Shown here: positions 1-7,579 of the stretch, one piece after another
How the letters are laid out: every line of letters starts with the position of its first letter
How positions within the stretch are numbered: position 1 is the stretch's first letter
Assembly: GCA_051747805.1 (NCBI GenBank)
Contig: JBNJGP010000033.1
Location: 1-28,285 of the forward strand
Length of the DNA: 28,285 nt
From: Candidatus Muiribacteriota bacterium
Lineage (GTDB): Bacteria; Muiribacteriota; Muiribacteriia; Muiribacteriales; Muiribacteriaceae
Reading direction: 5' to 3'
The notes under the pieces: model-generated
Databases searched by the model: none
Told to the model about the DNA's origin: nothing
The model's input: the letters and a program-made list of their open reading frames with translations, nothing else
Translations under genes and position numbers: made by a program

Positions 1-59
1 TTCAGCATTACTTGGTCGCAGACCATTTACTTTTTTGATGTTTTATATCAAAAATTTAC

Positions 60-95
60 TTGTCCCACACTTACTTTAAAGTAAGTGTGGGACAA
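60..95. repeat. Perfect 36-bp palindrome with no spacer
   Basis: TTGTCCCACACTTACTTT|AAAGTAAGTGTGGGACAA: the two 18-bp arms are exact reverse complements. Confidence 0.95.
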
Positions 96-96
96 T

Positions 97-120
97 AACT
101 GCTTTTATAAGCGGTTTTTT
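97..120 (+). terminator. Possible intrinsic terminator hairpin
   Basis: AACTGCTT-ttat-AAGCGGTT stem with one G-U pair, running into a T tract; any upstream gene lies outside the window. Confidence 0.3.
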
Positions 121-226
121 GTGATTTTTGAAGTAATACAATTTTAAGCCGATAGGAGCAGATAATAAAAGCAAAAACATTACGAAAAATAGTTCATTTA
201 GAATTACTGAATTTAAATTAAATAAC

Positions 227-255
227 TTTACAAAAAATCCTATTTGTTATATATT
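227..255 (+). promoter_or_regulatory. Putative sigma70 promoter for the 286..792 ORF
   Basis: TTTACA-17 bp-TATATT, then a GAGGT RBS before ATG 286; the AT-rich background lowers specificity. Confidence 0.45.
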
Positions 256-285
256 ATTTTTACAAATTATTGAGGTTAATAAATT

Positions 286-792
286 ATGAGGAATTTATCT
301 CCGGAAAAAAAACATAAAATTGAATTTATACGCAATAAAATGAATAAAATAAAAGAAGACCTTATTAACGAGATTACTCAGAAAATTACCGAGTATTTTA
401 TTGAAAAATCAGAAAATTTTAATTTCGTCAGAGATAAAATCTTTGATTCATTCATGGATGATTTTTCTGAATTTGTCGAAAAAATACCGGATTTTGTTAA
501 TGAATGTTTTAATGTGGAAACTATATGGTCTCATACTTATGATAACCCGGCTGTTTTTGACTTAACCAATTATTATCACAACTGCTCTTCCTGCGATAGA
601 AATCAATGTGTTTTCAGGGGTTATCTTTGGTGTACATTTAAACATTATTATTCTCTACTTCAAAAATATAATTTAAAAGACCCTGAATTTTTAAACCCTG
701 AAGTACCTGAAGATTTTGATATAGAATTTATAAAAGATTATTATAAACAGTATTCAATTTATCATGATGAACTTATTACTCATTTAGAGTAA
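286..792 (+). CDS. Hypothetical protein with Cys cluster (CxxC-x4-C-x7-C)
   Basis: 168-aa ORF with GAGGT RBS and plausible promoter; contains HNCSSCDRNQCVFRGYLWC; family not recognised. Confidence 0.7.
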   Translation: MRNLSPEKKHKIEFIRNKMNKIKEDLINEITQKITEYFIEKSENFNFVRDKIFDSFMDDFSEFVEKIPDFVNECFNVETIWSHTYDNPAVFDLTNYYHNCSSCDRNQCVFRGYLWCTFKHYYSLLQKYNLKDPEFLNPEVPEDFDIEFIKDYYKQYSIYHDELITHLE

Positions 793-1726
793 TTTTTTTT
801 AAAAGTTTTTCGGCTTTTTTATAATCAGGAAATTCCTCTAAAATACCGTTAAGTATTGATTTTGATTTTTTATGATTTTTTTTCAGATAATAAATATATG
901 CCCGGTAATAATTGTTTTTTTTCATTATTTCTTCATTTTTAATTAAAATATTTTCATTTTCATTTTGGGCTAAATTTTTTTGAATTTCTAAATCTTTAAT
1001 AGTTTCTTCCAGTTTTTTGAACTCTTTGTCAGGAATTTTTTTCAGTTCTTTTCTAAGATTATTTAATAATTTTTTTGAATTATCCAGCTCTTCCTGAAGA
1101 CATGAGATTATTTTATCTCTTTCTTCAAGCTCAAATTTCAAATTATGCGTTAGTTTTTTATTTCCCTCTTTCTGATTTAACTTTTCAATAAAAAGCTTCT
1201 GATTCTCTTCAAACTGTAAAATTTTTGAATCTTTTTCTTCTAATCGAATATTTTTTGTTTCTATTTCTTTTTCTAGCGCATTAATACGCTTTCGCATATC
1301 TTCAATAATTTTTTTATAAGTTGCTATTTCAGATGAATTTACTTTATTTTTATCATCCCCCAGAGTATTACCAAATATAAAATCTATATTTTCAATTAAA
1401 TCCTGCAGTATAAATGGTTTAAAAATAATACCTGCACTCAATTTTTTAATTTCTGACATATTTTCATCTGGAATTTCGTTTGCCATAATTAGAATTTTAA
1501 TTTCTGAAATATCTCTTTCAGCCTGGATTTTTTTAATAAAGTCAAGCCCATTCAATAAAGGCATATTATAATCAAGTAATAATAAATCAATATCGCTAAT
1601 TTCAGATATTTCATGCATAGCCTCGAAAGCATCTGTGCTTCCTAGAACTACATACCCTGCATTTTCAAGGCGCTCTTTTAATATATTTACATAATAATCT
1701 TTATCATCGAGTATGTATATTTTCAT
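776..1726 (-). CDS. Response regulator: receiver domain, long coiled coil, C-terminal TPR-like helices
   Basis: ILDD, LLLLDYNMPLLNGLDF and FKPF receiver motifs; E/K/L heptad-rich middle; YYRAYIYY..FPDY end. Start moved from TTG 1765 to ATG 1726, where the receiver fold begins. Confidence 0.85.
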   Translation of the reverse strand: MKIYILDDKDYYVNILKERLENAGYVVLGSTDAFEAMHEISEISDIDLLLLDYNMPLLNGLDFIKKIQAERDISEIKILIMANEIPDENMSEIKKLSAGIIFKPFILQDLIENIDFIFGNTLGDDKNKVNSSEIATYKKIIEDMRKRINALEKEIETKNIRLEEKDSKILQFEENQKLFIEKLNQKEGNKKLTHNLKFELEERDKIISCLQEELDNSKKLLNNLRKELKKIPDKEFKKLEETIKDLEIQKNLAQNENENILIKNEEIMKKNNYYRAYIYYLKKNHKKSKSILNGILEEFPDYKKAEKLLKKITLNE

Positions 1727-1736
1727 ATTGAAAATT

Positions 1737-1765
1737 ATGTTATCAGAATACTTAATTTTATTCAA
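1737..1765 (-). promoter_or_regulatory. Putative sigma70 promoter of the response regulator
   Basis: TTGAAT-17 bp-TAACAT with an extended TG, directly after the upstream terminator. Confidence 0.5.
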
Positions 1766-1798
1766 TAAAAAAAGAGGATGATAAAAATCATCCCCTTT
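1766..1798 (-). terminator. Intrinsic terminator ending the pilin cassette
   Basis: Minus strand AAAGGGGATGAT-TTTT-ATCATCCTCTTT followed by TTTT, about 30 nt after the stop of the Gly-rich gene. Confidence 0.85.
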
Positions 1799-1825
1799 GA
1801 ATTATTTAAATAAAAATTATTTTAA

Positions 1826-2614
1826 TTACTGTCCAGCACCCTGTGTACCAAGATCTAAACCTCTTAAAGCATCAAGTGCACCTGCCGCATTATCCATCCC
1901 TGAAAGTTTTGGATCAAAAGATTCTCCGACATTATCAAGCACACCCTGAATACCACCGGATATATCCATAACATTTCCTGTAATATCTTCTGTAATATTA
2001 AGTACTCCTTCAATATCTATACCAGTTAAATTATTAATTTGATCACTGTATTCCATAATCTGAGGAGCAATATCGTCAAGACCTGAAACAATGTTACCAG
2101 CTATTCCAGATACATCACCGATGAGGTCACCAAGCCCCCCTTCGGTAACAGCCCCCAGAATACTGTTCAGGCCACTTCCAATACCAGAATCACCTAACAT
2201 TCCCATGACATTTCCAAGCAATCCGTCAGCGCCTCCTTCAAATAAGCCACCGGCTATATCACCAAGGAAGTCACCGCCTACCATGCCGGTCACAGCTCCT
2301 AAAACACCACTTAAATCCCCACTTTCAACTGCTCCTGCAACACCTGCAACAGCTGTTGCAATAGGTCCAACCTGCGAGGCAATCATTAAAACAGGACCAA
2401 GAACCTGACCAACACCAGGAATTAAGGATATAAATGGTGCAGCAACCTGTAATACATTACACACTTTAGAAACAACACCAGCCACCTTTCCGACAAATCC
2501 GGCAATTGAACTTACAACACCGCCAGCGTACGCCATTTGCACCATGAAAAAATTAAACAGTACAAATATAATAAGCGCTGACATTAAGGACGAGTTTCTT
2601 TTCTTAATAAACAT
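1826..2614 (-). CDS. Secreted glycine-rich amphipathic protein of unknown function
   Basis: GGAGG 8 nt before ATG 2614; Sec signal MFIKKRN-hydrophobic core-AYA|GG; G/V/A/L/I-rich N half and acidic C half. Confidence 0.8.
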   Translation of the reverse strand: MFIKKRNSSLMSALIIFVLFNFFMVQMAYAGGVVSSIAGFVGKVAGVVSKVCNVLQVAAPFISLIPGVGQVLGPVLMIASQVGPIATAVAGVAGAVESGDLSGVLGAVTGMVGGDFLGDIAGGLFEGGADGLLGNVMGMLGDSGIGSGLNSILGAVTEGGLGDLIGDVSGIAGNIVSGLDDIAPQIMEYSDQINNLTGIDIEGVLNITEDITGNVMDISGGIQGVLDNVGESFDPKLSGMDNAAGALDALRGLDLGTQGAGQ

Positions 2615-2637
2615 AAACGCCACCTCCTGTAAAGTTT

Positions 2638-3255
2638 TTATTCACTTATATATGAATTAGGATTCCTAATCCATCCCGGGAAATTTACTAAATTATTTTC
2701 ATATCTGCTTTCAACACTTGTTGCAATCATCATTTTTTCACTTCTTAACTTACCTGTATCATGCCCTACCCGGAAAAGGGCCTGTATATTATAAAAATAT
2801 CTTTGATGAGGGAGTAAGCCATAGTAATGCAGAGTAAAGGATTCAACCCCTTCCCATGTTCTTGACGACTCACCCTCAAAGTGCCTTGTAACTGTATTGT
2901 TATCGGAGTTATAAATATAACTCACTTTTTTAGAAACAGGCACACCGCTTTCATACTTTATAAAACGGCTGAAGCTTACGGTTTTACCATCCGATGTATC
3001 CTGTATATCAAGTATACTGTCAACAAGTTTGTTTCCGTCTGCCTCAAGACGGCAGGACATCGCAAGATCTCTTTTTAAATTTTCAATCAACAGCTGGGCT
3101 TCGGATTCTACAATATTTTTAAGCTGGCCCTGATAAAAAGTTCTCTGTGTCCGCTGAAAAATATTGAGTATAATAATTCCAACTAAACCAAATATCGCCA
3201 CAACTATCATCAGCTCAACAAGAGTAAATCCTTTTTTACTGTTGTATGTTAGCAT
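2638..3255 (-). CDS. Type IV pilin-like protein (PilW/GspJ-like minor pilin)
   Basis: Class III signal KKG|FTLVELMIVVAIFGLVGIIIL with E5; start set at ATG 3255, overlapping the end of the upstream gene. Confidence 0.85.
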   Translation of the reverse strand: MLTYNSKKGFTLVELMIVVAIFGLVGIIILNIFQRTQRTFYQGQLKNIVESEAQLLIENLKRDLAMSCRLEADGNKLVDSILDIQDTSDGKTVSFSRFIKYESGVPVSKKVSYIYNSDNNTVTRHFEGESSRTWEGVESFTLHYYGLLPHQRYFYNIQALFRVGHDTGKLRSEKMMIATSVESRYENNLVNFPGWIRNPNSYISE

Positions 3256-3844
3256 TATTAACCACCACCGTTGAAATTTGTTCAATTCTGTCAGGGTTTC
3301 TTCCAGCAACAAAGCCCATTTCTTCCCACATAACCACACACGTTAATTTGACGGTATTTTCATCTAGGAACTCATAATAACCATATCTTTTAAACTCAGC
3401 CATGTCTTCGCGTCTGAAAAAGTCACCGTCATACAAAACAGGAACTTCCTGGGTGTCAACACTGTGCCCGGTATGATATGGATAATACCCCACAAAATTA
3501 GCAAGCATAGCCCGTGATCGACCTTCTTCTTCTGAGGGCTCACCGTTAAAAAGCCACATCAGGGAATGATAATCACCGTCAAGAGCTGTTTCTTTATCAT
3601 AAGTTGGAGCGGATATAATAAAAAAACCTTCACTACTTCGGTTTTTCCAGTATTCCCCTAAAAAATCAAGACTTTTCATCCATTCAAGGCCTTCAACTGC
3701 AAGATTATAAGCCTGGGTAGAAAACTGCACTTTAACATGAGCTCTGGTTCCCATAGTAAGCATGTTAACCATGAAAACAAGTGCTGTGCCAAGTATTGCA
3801 GTTGCAATAACTACCTCTATAAGTGAAAAACCTTTCTTTTTCAT
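3236..3844 (-). CDS. Type IV pilin-like protein (PilV/GspI-like minor pilin)
   Basis: Class III signal MKKKG|FSLIEVVIATAILG; AYNLAVEGLEWMK helix; C-terminal VKLTCVVMW strand. Confidence 0.85.
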   Translation of the reverse strand: MKKKGFSLIEVVIATAILGTALVFMVNMLTMGTRAHVKVQFSTQAYNLAVEGLEWMKSLDFLGEYWKNRSSEGFFIISAPTYDKETALDGDYHSLMWLFNGEPSEEEGRSRAMLANFVGYYPYHTGHSVDTQEVPVLYDGDFFRREDMAEFKRYGYYEFLDENTVKLTCVVMWEEMGFVAGRNPDRIEQISTVVVNNANIQQ

Positions 3845-3863
3845 AAAAAGCGCCCCCCAAAAA

Positions 3864-4634
3864 CTACATTGAAGTCAGTCGGGTTTCCATGTCAACACTT
3901 AATGCAAAAACTGATTTTATTCTTCCTGCATCATTTTTATCAGATAAAATATCAACATCGATTTTAAGTTTAGTAAAATTACCCATCATTTTGCCTGATT
4001 CATATGCAAAATAAATTTTACCGTTACCCTTAACTTCCATTTTTAGATAATCATCCTCAACTTTTGTTGTATCAAATCTTGACTCTATTACAGCACAGGG
4101 TTCACCTCTGAAATTTTCAAAACCTTTTAATACAAAGGTAACCGCAATGTCAAAATCAGACTGATGTTCTGCCACGTCACTTATATCAAAGTTTGCGGTA
4201 GTTCCCCATACATCCCCAATTTTAACTTTTTTATCAGGAAAATCTACCTGAAGTTCAGTAATTTCTTTGCCTTCAGAGGATAAATTTTCAATAATTTTAC
4301 CAGTTTTATCCATAAGAACTTCAGTGGATGTACCGGCTCCACCATATGCGGATTCCTCGCCATTGATTTCAATTTTCCCGGATTCAATTATATTCTTTAC
4401 TTTGTAAGTTCCAGCTCTTCTTCCGGGTTCAGCCTCACGGTGAATGTTTAAAACAAGTTCACTTCCAGTTTTTTCCTGCATACCGAACATAAATAGTTCT
4501 GTTGAGGTTTTAGTTGCCATCTGAAAAGCCTGAAAGGGATTAGCCTCAAAATCATATTCAAGTCTGACCGATGATGGTTGTGTAAAAACTGTGATAGTTA
4601 AAACAATCAATATTAGTATAACTTTCTGCTTCAT
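3864..4634 (-). CDS. Secreted or periplasmic beta-strand-rich hypothetical protein (possibly DUF6263-like)
   Basis: GGAGG before ATG 4634; signal-like MKQKVILILIVLTITVF; FPDKKVKIGDVW and GNGKIYF motifs recall DUF6263-type proteins (from memory, unverified). Confidence 0.7.
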   Translation of the reverse strand: MKQKVILILIVLTITVFTQPSSVRLEYDFEANPFQAFQMATKTSTELFMFGMQEKTGSELVLNIHREAEPGRRAGTYKVKNIIESGKIEINGEESAYGGAGTSTEVLMDKTGKIIENLSSEGKEITELQVDFPDKKVKIGDVWGTTANFDISDVAEHQSDFDIAVTFVLKGFENFRGEPCAVIESRFDTTKVEDDYLKMEVKGNGKIYFAYESGKMMGNFTKLKIDVDILSDKNDAGRIKSVFALSVDMETRLTSM

Positions 4635-4703
4635 TGAGCCCTCCAAATAATATTTATTTTTAATAATATAATCACCCCCTTTATTTAATTATAACGTATT
4701 TTT

Positions 4704-7457
4704 TTAAAATTCGCTTGTTTTTTGTCTACCAACGTGATAAAAAGCAAATGGTAATGCGATATCTGCGAGGTACAGGTTAATATCACCAGAGTTATCATTT
4801 GCAAGTCTGGGGTCATATATTAAATTAACGCCTTTGTGAACGTTTGGATTATCCTTTTTTCCAGTAGGGTAGAAGTACATAAAATCTGCTGCCCAGTTTC
4901 CTAAAATATTCGCCCCATAAGAAAACATAACAAAATTCGGTTTTTCAACTCCCATATTAGCCCTCTGAGAAATAAAATCCCTGTTAAGAGCAACAAGAGA
5001 CGCCTGAACATTAAGGGGCTCCTCACCGTCGCCTTCTATAAAAATTGAACTGTGCTCAAGACCGTCCTCTCCTCTTTTGCCAATTGAAGCAAGTATAAGC
5101 ATATCAGTACTTAAGTCATTTGCAGTAACATCTTTATTAATAAAAATATCGCCTGCAACAAGTAATGCTCCTTTACCTTCAAATTTAATTTCATTAACAT
5201 CCTCTGTAATTGGTAAAGGTAAAACAGAGTTAATTAAATATATTCCATTTAAATATATAGTCATAACACCATCTTCAACCTTTGCACAATTGTGGGCAAA
5301 ATCTATATAATTCAAATAAATTGATGTTACTTTATCAAGATAAACATTTGCAAAATCAGGGTCAATACGCATAGCTGAAATTGTTGATGAATCCGGGTCA
5401 AGACCATCAGGATTAATCGGAACTAAATGCGCGCGTGAATTATAATCACCAACTTCTTCTCTTATTTCAGGACCCACTGTATATTTAAAAAGCGCCGCAT
5501 CAAATTCATCAGAATCATATTCAATTGGTGCATTTGTATCATGGTCATAATCGTCGTCATCATCCAAAGCTGGCAGCTCACATTCATCACAATTTTCAAC
5601 ATCTTCTTTTGTAGTACAGCTTCCACATTCAGAAACCCAGTCATCTGGAAGTTCATCAAGGTCATTTTCTAATTCATCAACTTCATCAACAATATCCTGA
5701 TATTCAGCATCACTCAGTGCAACTTCCTCCTCGCGAAGCAGTCTTACATAATAACTTTCCATATATCTTCCAAAAACATTACCCTCAATTTTTGTTGGAG
5801 ATTCAAAACTACCATCTACCCATCTTCCCTGAAGCTGTAAAACAGGATGGGCCCGAAAACCATGATCAGGGTCATTACCATTATATTCGGCTTCTAATAA
5901 ATCATCCTCTATAAAAGAGGAGTGAGAAAAAGAGTTAAACTGCGGAAACCTGTCATTAAACCAGAAATTATAAGTAAAAGCTGTTAAAAAGGCCGGATAC
6001 GGATTTGAAGTTTCATATTCAGGATCTTCTTCGGGCTCAGAAGCAGCGCCATATTCTTCTTTATTTTCCTCCATTATTGCCCTTAAATCACCAGTAATCT
6101 GTCTTGCATCATAGGCACGGGGAACTAATCCCATAAACTCAAATTCATCATAATCCTCAGGATTTTTTACAAGAATTCTATTTTGTTCCCCGGTAGATAA
6201 TTTAGCATAACCTGGATGAGTAGGATTTACATCAACAGAATATGGATAAGTAGCATATTCCCAACCATCAACAGTTTTATAAACTTCAGGCTCCATTGCT
6301 TTTATAAATTCACCCGCCGCTATCTGTAATCTTTGACCCTTGTTGCCAGGTTGATTTCTAATTTTTTTTCCAACCGCTTCTTTCAGCTGGTCAATTAAAT
6401 TATCATAAATTTCCATTAAAGCTTTTTCGCCAAGCATACTTAAAATAAGCTTATAATCTTTATCTAAAGCTATCTGTCCTTCATAAACAGTCTTTTTTTT
6501 ACTGCCGAATGTACCGCTGAATTTAGCTTTAAATTTATGCGTATCTCCAGAAACTTCTATCTTGTAAACATGTTCATCATAAACAGGCTCATAATAATCG
6601 CCATACCCACCTCTAGGTAAATCAACAAGAACCTGCATAATATAGTCATTATTAACATTATCATAATGTCTAACATCAAAATGAGAGCCTAAATAAACCC
6701 TGCCAGTTTCACTCCCCGAATCATTATTTAATCTAACAAAATAATATTCATTATTTGATTCATCTGCAATTCTATTATAAAAAATATTACCATGCCTGCC
6801 CGGCGCGTCAGAGTCGGCAGAATCTGCCGAACTGGAATCAGGGTCTGATTGAGGGCGGGTTCTATACTCCTGAGTAGCATATTTTATAAACATAGTGTAC
6901 TCGTTTAAACCATTGTACTGTCCGTCATGGGATAATGTAAGAGGATTAACTACCTTAACATCTTTTGCAACATGACCAATATAATAGTCATCATCTGCAA
7001 AACCAACCTGGGCCATAATTTCAAGCTGACCAGCCTTTTCCATACCAAAGTTTACGGAATCCCCATCGGAACGGTTGCCACGTCTTAAAACATCATTTGC
7101 AAAAAAGCGTGCTCTTGCCTTAATTTCAGCGTCGACCTGCTCTGCAAGTTGATATATTGGTTTACCCGATAAATCTATTTCAATCCAGCCAGAATCAGAA
7201 CCAACCGAAGTTTTCCTGAAAACATTAAACCAGTTTGGTTTTTCGCTGTAGCTGTTAGCCTGTCCCCTTATATAGTTTTCAGACTGAGCTATTATGCCCT
7301 CAAGCAAAAAATTTGCATCAATTCCCTTAAACATAACCTGGGTTCTTCTTCTAGACATTTGACTGCTTGCTATATGAGCAATTCCCAACATACCTAAAAC
7401 CACAAGTGTGATAATTGCAATCAACAGAGCGTTACCTTTTTTATTAAAAAATCTCAT
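4704..7457 (-). CDS. Large PilX/GspK-like pilin with extended acidic domain and beta-helix-like C-terminus
   Basis: KKG|NALLIAIITLVVLGMLG class III signal lacking E5, as in PilX/GspK; GGAGG RBS; C-terminal short-strand repeats (LNGIYLIN, FEGKGALLVAGDIFIN, LNVQASLVA, LIYDPRL). Confidence 0.75.
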   Translation of the reverse strand: MRFFNKKGNALLIAIITLVVLGMLGIAHIASSQMSRRRTQVMFKGIDANFLLEGIIAQSENYIRGQANSYSEKPNWFNVFRKTSVGSDSGWIEIDLSGKPIYQLAEQVDAEIKARARFFANDVLRRGNRSDGDSVNFGMEKAGQLEIMAQVGFADDDYYIGHVAKDVKVVNPLTLSHDGQYNGLNEYTMFIKYATQEYRTRPQSDPDSSSADSADSDAPGRHGNIFYNRIADESNNEYYFVRLNNDSGSETGRVYLGSHFDVRHYDNVNNDYIMQVLVDLPRGGYGDYYEPVYDEHVYKIEVSGDTHKFKAKFSGTFGSKKKTVYEGQIALDKDYKLILSMLGEKALMEIYDNLIDQLKEAVGKKIRNQPGNKGQRLQIAAGEFIKAMEPEVYKTVDGWEYATYPYSVDVNPTHPGYAKLSTGEQNRILVKNPEDYDEFEFMGLVPRAYDARQITGDLRAIMEENKEEYGAASEPEEDPEYETSNPYPAFLTAFTYNFWFNDRFPQFNSFSHSSFIEDDLLEAEYNGNDPDHGFRAHPVLQLQGRWVDGSFESPTKIEGNVFGRYMESYYVRLLREEEVALSDAEYQDIVDEVDELENDLDELPDDWVSECGSCTTKEDVENCDECELPALDDDDDYDHDTNAPIEYDSDEFDAALFKYTVGPEIREEVGDYNSRAHLVPINPDGLDPDSSTISAMRIDPDFANVYLDKVTSIYLNYIDFAHNCAKVEDGVMTIYLNGIYLINSVLPLPITEDVNEIKFEGKGALLVAGDIFINKDVTANDLSTDMLILASIGKRGEDGLEHSSIFIEGDGEEPLNVQASLVALNRDFISQRANMGVEKPNFVMFSYGANILGNWAADFMYFYPTGKKDNPNVHKGVNLIYDPRLANDNSGDINLYLADIALPFAFYHVGRQKTSEF

Positions 7458-7504
7458 AGTATCCTCCGGTTTTTCAGGAGTAAAAACAACTTATTCTTAA
7501 TTTA

Positions 7505-7513
7505 ATTATAACA
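7505..7513 (-). promoter_or_regulatory. Extended -10 element upstream of the pilin cassette
   Basis: TG-T-TATAAT about 48 nt upstream of ATG 7457; no consensus -35. Confidence 0.45.
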
Positions 7514-7579
7514 AACTTTTATAAAATTATCTTTATAAATTTAAACTAAATATAATTTAAGCTAATAATAAGTCTTATA

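Noticed and set aside
2091..2408. Pro/Ser/Thr-rich 105-aa plus-strand ORF
   Set aside because: Antisense shadow of the Gly-rich gene (GGN codons read as Pro/Ser/Thr/Ala on the other strand); no RBS
3256..3339. N-terminal extensions given by the ORF track (also for rpsH, rplC, rplF, adk and the response regulator)
   Set aside because: Downstream starts fit the SD position and/or the family N-terminus better
4665..4685. SD-like AAGGGGGTGA in the gap between the giant pilin and the next gene
   Set aside because: No canonical start codon at a suitable distance; the downstream gene has its own GGAGG
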